64,000 nt of DNA from an uncultured virus (IMG/VR IMGVR_UViG_3300042399_001449) (taxonomy: Duplodnaviria > Heunggongvirae > Uroviricota > Caudoviricetes): the IMG/VR virus record IMGVR_UViG_3300042399_001449; one strand, written 5' to 3'. The notes beneath the pieces are model-generated. The model was not told where the DNA came from. It was given only the letters and a program-made list of their open reading frames with translations, and did no database searches. A program made the translations under genes and the position numbers. This document shows positions 1-8,806 of this stretch, piece after piece. The stretch's first letter is position 1, and each line of letters begins with the position of its first letter.

Positions 1-504
1 ATTACCAGATGCTGTGTTAAAAACACCACCACCTACTGTTGAATAATAACCAGATGCTGTATTGCGATATCCACCACTAACTGTTGAAGTATCACCAGAT
101 GCAGTATTTTGTTGACCACCACCGATAAATGAACAGTTTCCTGATGCTATATTTCCAGTACCACCGGCAATCGAGGATAATGTTCCTGAGTTGGTGTGGG
201 ATGTTCCTATGGTTAATTTAGCACTACCTGAAATATTACCAGATACTGTAAGTTTTTCTGTAGGACTAGTAGTACTAATACCAATATTAGTACCATCATC
301 ATACATTACACTATTTTCTAGTGCACTTGAACCATTGAATTTAGGTATATAATTGTCTGTACCTGCAATTGCGGGAGTATATGATGCAGTTAAAGCATTT
401 GTTGCATATGATGCTGTAATACTGTTGATTGTACCTGCAGGGGTAGTTATTGAATTCAGAGAGGCATCAGAACCTGATACTATGACTTTTTTCCATGAGG
501 GCAT
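1..504 (-). CDS. Tail fibre protein, N-terminal part (runs off window start; not in ORF track)
   Basis: Manual translation from ATG at 504: MPSWKKVIVSGSDASLNS...TASYATNALTASY...GISTTSPTEKLTVSGNI...GGxxNTASG repeats. AAAGGA SD upstream. N-terminus resembles 997..2124. Confidence 0.8.
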   Translation of the reverse strand, partial: MPSWKKVIVSGSDASLNSITTPAGTINSITASYATNALTASYTPAIAGTDNYIPKFNGSSALENSVMYDDGTNIGISTTSPTEKLTVSGNISGSAKLTIGTSHTNSGTLSSIAGGTGNIASGNCSFIGGGQQNTASGDTSTVSGGYRNTASGYYSTVGGGVFNTASGN

Positions 505-521
505 ACTTATATTCCTTTATT

Positions 522-581
522 GTTACGGTTAGATACATACACTTATGCCGTGTATATGCCTACTTCCTTGCGGCCAGTAAC
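522..581 (-). ncRNA. Candidate structured 5' leader RNA (three-way junction)
   Basis: GC-richer intergenic stretch: GTTAC/GTAAC closing stem, CC-GCAA-GG GNRA hairpin and a 13-bp hairpin. Lies between the late motif (591-598) and the SD of the tail fibre gene. Confidence 0.5.
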
Positions 582-590
582 GTTATTTAA

Positions 591-598
591 TATAAATA
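591..598 (-). promoter_or_regulatory. Putative late promoter TATTTATA
   Basis: Recurrent ATATTTATA motif on the coding strand upstream of structural genes. Confidence 0.6.
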
Positions 599-602
599 TG
601 TT

Positions 603-776
603 TTATTTAGATTTAGGAGCCGTTTTAGATTGTGTTTCGGTTGGTGCTGGAGGAGTTAATTGCTGTTCAATTTTCATTTGAAGCTGTGCAACATATTGTG
701 CATCTTTACCTGTGATTGTAATTACATCTAATGCTTGACGTAACAATGTTAATTCTGCTAATGTGAACATAACCAT
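603..776 (-). CDS. Small hypothetical protein (57 aa), possible tail fibre accessory
   Basis: Manual translation MVMFTLAELTLLRQALDVITITGKDAQYVAQLQMKIEQQLTPPAP...; start overlaps the stop of the upstream ORF; resembles 776..976. Confidence 0.65.
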   Translation of the reverse strand: MVMFTLAELTLLRQALDVITITGKDAQYVAQLQMKIEQQLTPPAPTETQSKTAPKSK

Positions 777-976
777 TAATCTTTAATGTTTAAATATTGT
801 TTTTGAAGTTTGATTACCATGTTGTAAATTGGTTCAACATGTTCTCCTAGAAATGAGTTTGTACGAATCATGTTCAACAATAATTCAATTTCTTGTTTAG
901 ATAACGAAAGCTCCTCGTTAATTGAAGAGCTTTCCGTTTCTTTTATATTTTGTGGTTTTCTGCTTATAATACCCAT
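776..976 (-). CDS. Small hypothetical protein
   Basis: Track ORF 776..1012; MGIISRK start at 976 preferred because it avoids overlap with 997..2124. Confidence 0.65.
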   Translation of the reverse strand: MGIISRKPQNIKETESSSINEELSLSKQEIELLLNMIRTNSFLGEHVEPIYNMVIKLQKQYLNIKD

Positions 977-996
977 ATAACTAATTATAATAAATT

Positions 997-2124
997 TTAT
1001 GCATACATCCAAATTGTTCCATCTGTATTTGTATAAATTGAACCAGCTGTTACAAATTCACCTGTGGTTGGTTTTGTTGAAGTATGTGCTGTCTCAGTAA
1101 ATACATATGCTGCAAATGCTGAATTACCATCTGTCCCAATTGTAATCGCATTGGTTGAATCAGTTAATCCATTTTGGTATCCCCAACGGTCTGTTGCTGA
1201 ATCATAACCGAATGCAATATTGCCTGCTGCATCAGAACCTCTATCAATTATAATACCCCCATCACCTGCTGTTGCAGATCCTGAAGCTAATAAGATAAAT
1301 TTATCTTCAACATATAAGTCCGCAGTGTTAACAGTTGTAGTTGTACCATTAACATATAAATCGCCAGTTACTGTTAAGTTATTTCCTATAGTAACATTAT
1401 TAGGTAATCCAATTGTATATGACGGACCTGCTCCTAATGCTTGTGCCGTTGTACCTGTAATTTCAACTTCATTTGATGTACCAGTTAAAGATATTGTTGT
1501 GTTACCTTGAACTGCTGTGTTTGATGACGAACCATAATTAACTGCAATTGTTGGCTGACTTCCTTCGCCTGTATTTGAACCGATCGAAACACCTGTACCT
1601 GTACCTAAATTTGCAACATAATCGCCTGTTGTATCAGTTCCTAATGCTACTGAGTTAGCTGCAATAGAAGCTACACCTGCTGAAGATATTGTGATATCAC
1701 CTGATACAGTTGCAAAAATTGAACTAGAATAGTAAGGCAACATTGACCCAGAGTTAACTGAGAATGTTTGTGCCGCAGATCCGTTATATGCTGTACCAGA
1801 TAATCCAGCTCCCGCTGTTAATGAATCTAAGTTAGTTCCTAGAGCTTTACCGGATATAGTTGAATTAGCTAAACTAGAATTAGGAATAGCGCCTAATGTA
1901 AATGTAATAGAATCCGCACCAGCATCTCCTACGATTGCTAAACCTGCTCCTGAGGATGATGCGAATGTTAATGTGTCTGCCTGTGCGTCTGTAATTACAT
2001 TTACGCCATTGATTGACATCGTAGCAAATGTGTTCGGCAAGCCCGCAGCTATTAAATATCCAGAATCATTATTTAATTGTGAAATGTTACTGCCCGAGAC
2101 AACAACCTTTTTCCATTCTGCCAT
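997..2124 (-). CDS. Tail fibre / virion structural protein
   Basis: G/S/T/A-rich; VTIGNNLTVTGDLYVNGTTTTVNTADLYVEDKFILL motif typical of phage fibre proteins; AAGGA SD and late motif upstream. Confidence 0.75.
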   Translation of the reverse strand: MAEWKKVVVSGSNISQLNNDSGYLIAAGLPNTFATMSINGVNVITDAQADTLTFASSSGAGLAIVGDAGADSITFTLGAIPNSSLANSTISGKALGTNLDSLTAGAGLSGTAYNGSAAQTFSVNSGSMLPYYSSSIFATVSGDITISSAGVASIAANSVALGTDTTGDYVANLGTGTGVSIGSNTGEGSQPTIAVNYGSSSNTAVQGNTTISLTGTSNEVEITGTTAQALGAGPSYTIGLPNNVTIGNNLTVTGDLYVNGTTTTVNTADLYVEDKFILLASGSATAGDGGIIIDRGSDAAGNIAFGYDSATDRWGYQNGLTDSTNAITIGTDGNSAFAAYVFTETAHTSTKPTTGEFVTAGSIYTNTDGTIWMYA

Positions 2125-2144
2125 GTTTATTTCCTTGTTTTATA

Positions 2145-2152
2145 TATAAATA
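2145..2152 (-). promoter_or_regulatory. Putative late promoter TATTTATA
   Basis: Motif 20 nt upstream of ATG 2124. Confidence 0.6.
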
Positions 2153-2169
2153 TCGTATTTCAGTTAAAA

Positions 2170-2421
2170 TCAATCCAAACCTACCCAAAATGAAGTAGAT
2201 GTAAAATATATACCTCCGTTTGGTGCTGGATTAGATAATTGTGAACTTTGAGTTGCTACTGTTATTACACCGCTTTGTGATACTGTTAATAACGATTGAT
2301 TGCTCCAATTCTTTATAATAAAAATATCATTAGCTGTACTAGTGATTCCAACAGAACCTGTGACTGCTAAAGAGCCTGTCAAATTAAGTGATCCAGTTAT
2401 TATCGGTGCAAATAGTCTCAT
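2170..2421 (-). CDS. Small fibre-associated structural protein
   Basis: ITGSLNLTGSLAVTGS beta repeats; located in the fibre cluster; late motif at 2426-2433. Confidence 0.6.
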   Translation of the reverse strand: MRLFAPIITGSLNLTGSLAVTGSVGITSTANDIFIIKNWSNQSLLTVSQSGVITVATQSSQLSNPAPNGGIYFTSTSFWVGLD

Positions 2422-2447
2422 TTAGTATAAATATCGTTTATTACGTT

Positions 2448-3185
2448 TTATGGTAGTCCGTACGTGGTTTTAATTGCATTGTAGTTTTGTGTAATTTCTA
2501 AAGCTGATAAGGCTCTATTGTACAATCTCATTTGGTAGAATACTGGTTGAAAAGCTGACCCTGAATTATTCATCTTATCTGTATGTCCAGTTCCGGCGTT
2601 TGAATGTCTTGAACCAAAGTAGAAATTATTAGTAGTGAATAGGGTTTGAGCTGTAATGGTATCGGTTGTTCCGACTTGCGTACTATTCAAGTATAAGCTG
2701 TGTGCAGTGTTGTTTATAACAAAAGTCCAATGCCTTATTGAATTGCTAGGTGTTACTGCTTCATTGGAAGCTAAACCAGGTCTACCATAGTTGATACCAG
2801 TTGCACTTCCCATAAACGCAAAATAGCCGCGACCTCCACTATAAACCTCATTACCCCAAACAGTTGCCCAATGGGAGGTTGGATTAAATGATGCTACAAT
2901 TTCGACAGTTACCGTATTGCTGTTAATATTATAAGGAACGCTGATATAGTCATTTCCAGTATAACTTGCGTTATTTAATTTTATACCACCTCCATTATTT
3001 GATACATAAGTTGGAGAACCTTGCAAAGTTGCGTCATATCCATTACTAGTAGCATCTATCCACGTAGTTCCTGAATTTGGTGCAGTTTGTAGGTTAAACA
3101 CTAAACCCGACGTTACTATAGATGAAGTATTATTTGAGCTAATATTGGGCTGTACGGGATATAAAAAACTAAATGGAATTATCAT
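2448..3185 (-). CDS. LamG/concanavalin A-like domain protein (putative receptor-binding)
   Basis: SIVTSGLVFNL...GTTWID...HWTFV...LYLN...RLYNRALSALEITQNYNA, typical phage LamG pattern. Confidence 0.8.
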   Translation of the reverse strand: MIIPFSFLYPVQPNISSNNTSSIVTSGLVFNLQTAPNSGTTWIDATSNGYDATLQGSPTYVSNNGGGIKLNNASYTGNDYISVPYNINSNTVTVEIVASFNPTSHWATVWGNEVYSGGRGYFAFMGSATGINYGRPGLASNEAVTPSNSIRHWTFVINNTAHSLYLNSTQVGTTDTITAQTLFTTNNFYFGSRHSNAGTGHTDKMNNSGSAFQPVFYQMRLYNRALSALEITQNYNAIKTTYGLP

Positions 3186-4732
3186 ATCATATTCTTAACG
3201 TTAGCAACATATAATGTAGATTCATCATATGAAATAAATGTTAATATATCAACACTAGTAGTTGTAGTTGGGATATATGCTGATCCAGATGGTTGTTTTA
3301 CTGATGTAGGAAACGAAACGGTTGCACTACCTGTCGTTGATATAAGCAATGTACTTGTAACGCCTGGGCGTATATTTGAAGGGTTTATAAATGTGGTTGT
3401 TCCTGCAACTAATTGTAATGTATAAAAACTCGATCTTGATAAATCTATAGATGCTGTATTAGATGAAATTGATAATGCTACTACATTACTTTGAGTTGAA
3501 CCCGTAACAATTAATGATCCAGTAACAGTTAAATTACCAGTAATAGTAACATTTCTTGTTGAAAAATCACCTCCAATTAATGGAGTGCCGTAATCATTAT
3601 GTATGTATAATTTATCAGACTCTGTTACAGAACTAGTTGTACCTGCTCTAAATCCTAAATAAACATTGCGCTGAGACGTGTTACTAGCATTTTTACCTGC
3701 TTGGTATCCAAATGCTACATTATTGCTTCCGCCGTTGTATAACGCTTGATAACCTGTTGCGACACTATTATATACATTACCGCCTCCTGCTGCTTGATTA
3801 CCAACTGCTGTTGTTGCCCATCCTGCTACATTGCTACCCAATGCTCCATTTCCGATTGCAGTGTTTATATAACCTGTTTGATTAACTTGCATTGCAGCAT
3901 GGCCGAATATAGTATTATTATATCCGGTTGTGTTTTGAGTTAATGCTGCAGTGCCTACAATCAAATTTGTTGTAATATTTGGAGTAGCTGGTCCATATCC
4001 AATTATAAATGGAAATGTTGCTGTTGAATCTAAATAAATATTTTTTGCATTGTTATAAAATGTACCATTAAGTGTTACATCTTGTGTCAATGTGTTTAAA
4101 TACGATGCTGTTGCTGATGCACCTCCTACATTTAATGCGTGTGATGCTGTTAATGCATAAGATGCTGAAGTTGATGTTAATGCATATGAAGATGATTGTG
4201 GCGATGGATTTTGTAATGCTCCGCCGACAGTGACAACTGCTGTTCCGCTTTCTAAAGTTGGAAACGAAATTGTTACAGTATTAGAATCTGTTAAATCAAT
4301 ATTTTGCGGAATCATTTCATCATAATTAGTGTCATACGTTTGTACTAAAACATATCGCGATTCTAAATTATGAATAACAGTCCATGTAGATGAATTGCTA
4401 AATGATTGAGTATAGTTGCTACTATATAATGTGTCAATATATGAGGCTGTTGCTGCAAATGAACTAGATAATGCCTGTAACGCATATGATGCTGTTACTG
4501 GTACATTTAATGCATATGATGCTGTTGTTGCAAATGAAGCAGTCCCAAATAATGAGCCTGTTATGCCTGATCCTGACACTAATAAACTTCCAGTAATTAC
4601 AGCCGATCCGCTATACGGAAACCCAGAGCCTGTTAACGCATATGATGCTGTTAATGCAAAACTAGATGAAATATCATACAATGAACCCGTACGTAGTTGG
4701 CCTGGTCTTAATTGTCTTGTCATTATGCCCAT
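3182..4732 (-). CDS. Tail fibre protein
   Basis: TASYAL repeats, WTVIHNL motif, NTAIGxxAL beta-helix repeats, C-terminal DILTFISYD..LY fibre domain. Confidence 0.8.
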   Translation of the reverse strand: MGIMTRQLRPGQLRTGSLYDISSSFALTASYALTGSGFPYSGSAVITGSLLVSGSGITGSLFGTASFATTASYALNVPVTASYALQALSSSFAATASYIDTLYSSNYTQSFSNSSTWTVIHNLESRYVLVQTYDTNYDEMIPQNIDLTDSNTVTISFPTLESGTAVVTVGGALQNPSPQSSSYALTSTSASYALTASHALNVGGASATASYLNTLTQDVTLNGTFYNNAKNIYLDSTATFPFIIGYGPATPNITTNLIVGTAALTQNTTGYNNTIFGHAAMQVNQTGYINTAIGNGALGSNVAGWATTAVGNQAAGGGNVYNSVATGYQALYNGGSNNVAFGYQAGKNASNTSQRNVYLGFRAGTTSSVTESDKLYIHNDYGTPLIGGDFSTRNVTITGNLTVTGSLIVTGSTQSNVVALSISSNTASIDLSRSSFYTLQLVAGTTTFINPSNIRPGVTSTLLISTTGSATVSFPTSVKQPSGSAYIPTTTTSVDILTFISYDESTLYVANVKNMI

Positions 4733-5946
4733 CTCCCATTTACTACAATTACGTCTTGAGATTCGATGCTATATCCTAGCAATGCAGTATCAAATACAAT
4801 TGTTTGTGTCGCCATATCACTAGGTGTCCAATTATATGCAATCTTGTCAATATATTGTCCGTTCATATAAACATTAAATTCATTTTTGCTAGCAGTTTGT
4901 AGTGTAGTTGGATTAATTTTCGCAGTCGCAGCAATTGTTACTGTGGTTGCAGATGAATATGTTGCAAACTGATCTGTTAATTGTGTCAAGTAACCCATTG
5001 TTGCTGCATCTACCGTTGTAGAAGAGCCACCACTTGATACTAATACACTGCCGCCACTTGAAATAATATTCTGTGCTTGTAATAATTGATTTGGTACAAT
5101 TGTACTACTAAATAAATCTGTATCGATATCAATCACTGTATCAAATGATAATTTTTTAATTGAATACATTTTTCTTATAGTTGACAATCTATTTTCTTGT
5201 GCTGACAATAATGTGCCTTGCACAGTTAGTGGAATTGTAGCTCGTACTAGACGGTCTTCGCCAACGGTATTAACTGTCTCGGTACTAATTGAACCTATAG
5301 AAGTTGGAAATTTATTTCCATCATTTCCCCAAGAAAATCTACCATATGGCAGTATTTGATCAATCAATTCGTTTATTTGTTCTGTGAAATCACACCATAT
5401 CAATAATTCATATTCTAAAGTAACATATTTAGGAATATCTACAATATATATTTGTTCTGATGGTTGATTTTGATTTGTTGGAATTGGGAATAGTTCGTCT
5501 TCATAACGATTCCTGTCATTGTACTTGCTTTTATAAATCAATTGGTTTGCAGACTGTGGACGATTAACATCTAAAGTTTTTTGTGAATCTCGTTCTGCAA
5601 CGCTATTACGTTTTATCATGATTACTGGAGATTGTAACATACCTTTTTCATCACGCAAATATCCTAAACGTCTTACATTATCCCACTTCTCACCATTAGC
5701 AAAAATTGTCGGAACTGAAATTAATTGTTCGTCTGCAGTTATTTGTGGTCGTATATCATTATCAAGAAACCACTTAATTGCATAATCAATATCATATACC
5801 GTGCGTTGCTGAGATCGTACAACATCGTCATCACGTCGTATTTGTGATGCACGATTTAACAATAAATCAGGCGTTAATCCTTCAGTACGAATTAACTCTG
5901 GTTTATTTGTTTTACGATCAATATTTTGTCTATTCAATCTAGGCAT
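4723..5946 (-). CDS. Tail terminator / sheath stabiliser (T4 gp15-like) with C-terminal extension
   Basis: VPTIFANGEKW...PVIMIKR...PKYVTLEYELLIW...QINELIDQI pattern; follows the neck genes. Confidence 0.6.
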   Translation of the reverse strand: MPRLNRQNIDRKTNKPELIRTEGLTPDLLLNRASQIRRDDDVVRSQQRTVYDIDYAIKWFLDNDIRPQITADEQLISVPTIFANGEKWDNVRRLGYLRDEKGMLQSPVIMIKRNSVAERDSQKTLDVNRPQSANQLIYKSKYNDRNRYEDELFPIPTNQNQPSEQIYIVDIPKYVTLEYELLIWCDFTEQINELIDQILPYGRFSWGNDGNKFPTSIGSISTETVNTVGEDRLVRATIPLTVQGTLLSAQENRLSTIRKMYSIKKLSFDTVIDIDTDLFSSTIVPNQLLQAQNIISSGGSVLVSSGGSSTTVDAATMGYLTQLTDQFATYSSATTVTIAATAKINPTTLQTASKNEFNVYMNGQYIDKIAYNWTPSDMATQTIVFDTALLGYSIESQDVIVVNGRWA

Positions 5947-6467
5947 TAATATCCTTTATATGCAGGTGCGTCATTATTGCCGCCTCTTCTAATATTTTTT
6001 ATACCTTGTGGCGTTTGTCTTGTTGCATGTGCATCACATATTACTGATACACTATATCCATGTTCTGATCCATTTGGCCATGTGTCTGGGTTTTTACCAG
6101 CAAAATACTGATTAGCATCTACATTGTCAATTTCATAGTATTCATTATCCCATAATATGATATCGCCAACTTCAGGAAAAAAGTCTGCTCTTTCTAAGAT
6201 ATCTCTAGATAATCCAAATTGTGCTGTTCTAGTATATGAATGACCGAAATCATCCATAGAAGCAGTTTTGCCTTCTTTTGTAATTAAACACGGAATTAAT
6301 ATTGAATCATAAAAAGCTTTTTTTGTAGATTCACCATACAAATTAGATTTGCTTTGTTCTACACTTAATTTAAAAAATTCAATTTCTGTGTCAACAATTG
6401 CATTGATCAATTCTGAATTAATTGCTGCTAAAAATCTAGCATCTCGTTTTCCGCCAAATAGTGCCAT
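5946..6467 (-). CDS. Neck / head-closure protein (T4 gp14-like)
   Basis: NLYGE...FG...PEVGDIILWDNEYYEI motifs; synteny between gp13- and gp15-like genes. Confidence 0.65.
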   Translation of the reverse strand: MALFGGKRDARFLAAINSELINAIVDTEIEFFKLSVEQSKSNLYGESTKKAFYDSILIPCLITKEGKTASMDDFGHSYTRTAQFGLSRDILERADFFPEVGDIILWDNEYYEIDNVDANQYFAGKNPDTWPNGSEHGYSVSVICDAHATRQTPQGIKNIRRGGNNDAPAYKGY

Positions 6468-6478
6468 TAAACTTCTCC

Positions 6479-7708
6479 TTACCCAACATAAATTTTTAAT
6501 GGAACTTTTGCTAGAATTTCATTCATTTGAGTTGATTCTGCATTTTGTCTTGTTATCATTGCTTCTCGTGTCATTTTATCTAAAAATTCACGAAGCTGTG
6601 TTATTAACGATTCTTTTTCACTTTGCCCTTGAGAGACTAATTCAGATCCATTTAATGTTATTTCTGAATTTGGAATTGGAACTGAACTATATTTACCTCG
6701 TACGAAGCCTAACATTTCTTTTGCTAGAGCCGTTGCATATTTAATAATCCACGCACGCCCCATATCATTAATGCTACTGTATTTTTGATATGTATATGGT
6801 ATATTAGACGCGTCACTTACCGCACCGTTTATAAGTGCTGTATTGCCGAATAAAAGTGCGTCATTATTCTTTTGTTCTTCGAAGATATAGTCAATCCAAA
6901 CTTGTCCGTAAAATATAGATGATGCCGAACTTCCTGTACCTGATGTTGGTATTGGATAAAATTTAATATCATCTCCATGTATCTCAAATGTGTAATGAGA
7001 CTTACGTATTTGATCATTAAACTCAATTGCTTGTAGTCTCAATAAATCTGCATGTATTGGCATCATCATAAAACTAATTGAAGGAGAAAAGCCTCCAAAG
7101 TTAAATGAGTCCATCAATTGTTGTGAACCTAAACCTGTTCCTACGAATGGATCAAAGTATCTAACAATTGCTGGCGGTGGATTATGAAGTACTCGTTTAA
7201 TTTCAATTGAACTAGTATTTGATAAGGTAATACCTAATGATTTAGATACAGCAGTTCTAATACTATAAGTTTGTTGCCCAGGAACCATTTCAATCATTGC
7301 TTTTTTCCAAGTAGTAGTACCACCTGAATCAGCTTCTGTTCCATATGCTTTTGACAGTTTTGATACATACCCAAATGAATTTCCTACAACTTGTCCTGTG
7401 AATCCATTACTAGATAAGAAGTTCGAACCAGTTTGTATACCTAATGTACTCATCAAGTTGTTAACAATATTAACTTGATTAACTTGATTTGAATATTCCA
7501 TTATAGCAGCTTCAAATGCTGTATAAAAGTTAATATCTTGTAGTTCGACATCCATTATAGGATATCCTAGGTGTTGTGCTGCATATTGAGCAAAACTGTC
7601 TGAATGTGATTGAAACAATGTCTCATTGTCAAAAAATCCAAAAGGTGTAGACCCCACCGTAAATGATGAACTTCCTGGCCAAATTGGCTTATTTTCACTA
7701 TAATCCAT
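6479..7708 (-). CDS. gp13: Neck protein (T4 gp13-like head-tail adaptor)
   Basis: LGYPIMDVEL near the N-terminus; WIIKYATALAKEMLGFVRGKY...ITLNGSEL near the C-terminus. Confidence 0.8.
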   Translation of the reverse strand: MDYSENKPIWPGSSSFTVGSTPFGFFDNETLFQSHSDSFAQYAAQHLGYPIMDVELQDINFYTAFEAAIMEYSNQVNQVNIVNNLMSTLGIQTGSNFLSSNGFTGQVVGNSFGYVSKLSKAYGTEADSGGTTTWKKAMIEMVPGQQTYSIRTAVSKSLGITLSNTSSIEIKRVLHNPPPAIVRYFDPFVGTGLGSQQLMDSFNFGGFSPSISFMMMPIHADLLRLQAIEFNDQIRKSHYTFEIHGDDIKFYPIPTSGTGSSASSIFYGQVWIDYIFEEQKNNDALLFGNTALINGAVSDASNIPYTYQKYSSINDMGRAWIIKYATALAKEMLGFVRGKYSSVPIPNSEITLNGSELVSQGQSEKESLITQLREFLDKMTREAMITRQNAESTQMNEILAKVPLKIYVG

Positions 7709-7739
7709 TGTTGTTTCCTTTTATAAATAAATATAGTTA

Positions 7740-8399
7740 TTAATCATTTAGACGATTTAAAATATCATCTAAAGCTTCGTGGCGATGATTATCTAATAAA
7801 ATGATTTCATTAACCCATTTTGAATCTCGCAATTTAGGAACTTCGTGTGTTGCAGAATCATTTTTAAATTTTAAATCTACCTGATATTTGTCGCCGCATA
7901 AAATCATGATACTATCTTTACCTAATCTAGATAATACCATTTTTAATTGTTCTTTTGTTAAGTTCTGGAATTCATCTACAATACAAACTGCGTTGTCAAA
8001 TGTTCTTCCGCGAAAGTGTGCTAGTGAAACAAGTTCAATACTTTCTTCCTTTTCCATTTTTTCTAGTAGCTCCGGTTTATTATAAACCTTACGCATATTG
8101 CTACGAATTGGAACTAACCATGGTTCCATTTTCTCTGTAAGTGATCCTGGTAAGAATCCATTATCTTCATTCGACACAGTTGGTCTTGTTATAATAAGTT
8201 TGTTAACTCGACGTTTAAAAAACATATCTAATGCAATTTGCACTGCTAAAAGTGTTTTGCCCGAACCTGCTTTCCCTAATATAAAATTGAATGGTGTTTC
8301 AATTATTTTTGCTTTTGCTTCCTTTTGTTCCTCAGATAATGTAATTGAAAATTTAATATCATTCTTTGGAGGAGTTTTCTCCTTGTTCGGTGTTGCCAT
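7740..8399 (-). CDS. phoH: PhoH-family ATPase
   Basis: GKAGSGKT Walker A; ITRP, GFLPG, RGRTF, DEFQN, RLG, GDKYQVDL motifs. Confidence 0.95.
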   Translation of the reverse strand: MATPNKEKTPPKNDIKFSITLSEEQKEAKAKIIETPFNFILGKAGSGKTLLAVQIALDMFFKRRVNKLIITRPTVSNEDNGFLPGSLTEKMEPWLVPIRSNMRKVYNKPELLEKMEKEESIELVSLAHFRGRTFDNAVCIVDEFQNLTKEQLKMVLSRLGKDSIMILCGDKYQVDLKFKNDSATHEVPKLRDSKWVNEIILLDNHRHEALDDILNRLND

Positions 8400-8416
8400 A
8401 ATAACCTTTGTTTAAA

Positions 8417-8692
8417 TTAAAATAATTTTGTAAGTGTAGTATCTTGTAACGTCATATCTTTAAGTGTTTCAATTTTACCTAAACATGCTTTTCTAATTCC
8501 ATAGAATGTATCACGTGGAGGATGTGGTGTCATCACTTTTATAGTTACTAATTCTTTTTCAGGTCCTAAATCTTGTTCAATATGAACCATGAGTACTAAA
8601 CTAATTGCTCTGATTCTATCTAATACATCTACTAATCGTCCATCATAACGAATTATAGCTTGCATCGAATATTTGTTGTGCGGAACTGCCAT
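8417..8692 (-). CDS. Hypothetical protein
   Basis: Track ORF extends to 8749 but crosses a terminator and the late motif (8709-8716); MAVPHNK start at 8692 preferred. Confidence 0.65.
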   Translation of the reverse strand: MAVPHNKYSMQAIIRYDGRLVDVLDRIRAISLVLMVHIEQDLGPEKELVTIKVMTPHPPRDTFYGIRKACLGKIETLKDMTLQDTTLTKLF

Positions 8693-8722
8693 ATTGTTTT
8701 TCTTTTTATATAAATATTTGAA

Positions 8723-8756
8723 CAGTAAAAAAGGGATGACCGAAGCCACCCCTTTT
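8723..8756 (-). terminator. Intrinsic terminator after major capsid gene
   Basis: GGGGTGGC-TTCG-GTCATCCC followed by TTTTTTACTG on the minus strand. Confidence 0.9.
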
Positions 8757-8806
8757 CCTTATTCCTTAATTCAATAAATCATTAATTAAAATAATTCAAT
8801 TAAATA

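Noticed and set aside
522..581. Calling the leader element SRP RNA, a tRNA or a known riboswitch
   Set aside because: Lacks the SRP CAGG loop strand, a cloverleaf and any riboswitch consensus I recognise; kept only as an unnamed candidate.
4100..4660. Recurring GCATATGATGCTGTT-like repeats
   Set aside because: Encode TASYAL peptide repeats of the tail fibre.
1..4732. Diversity-generating retroelement acting on tail fibres
   Set aside because: No reverse transcriptase and no template/variable repeat pair seen in the window.
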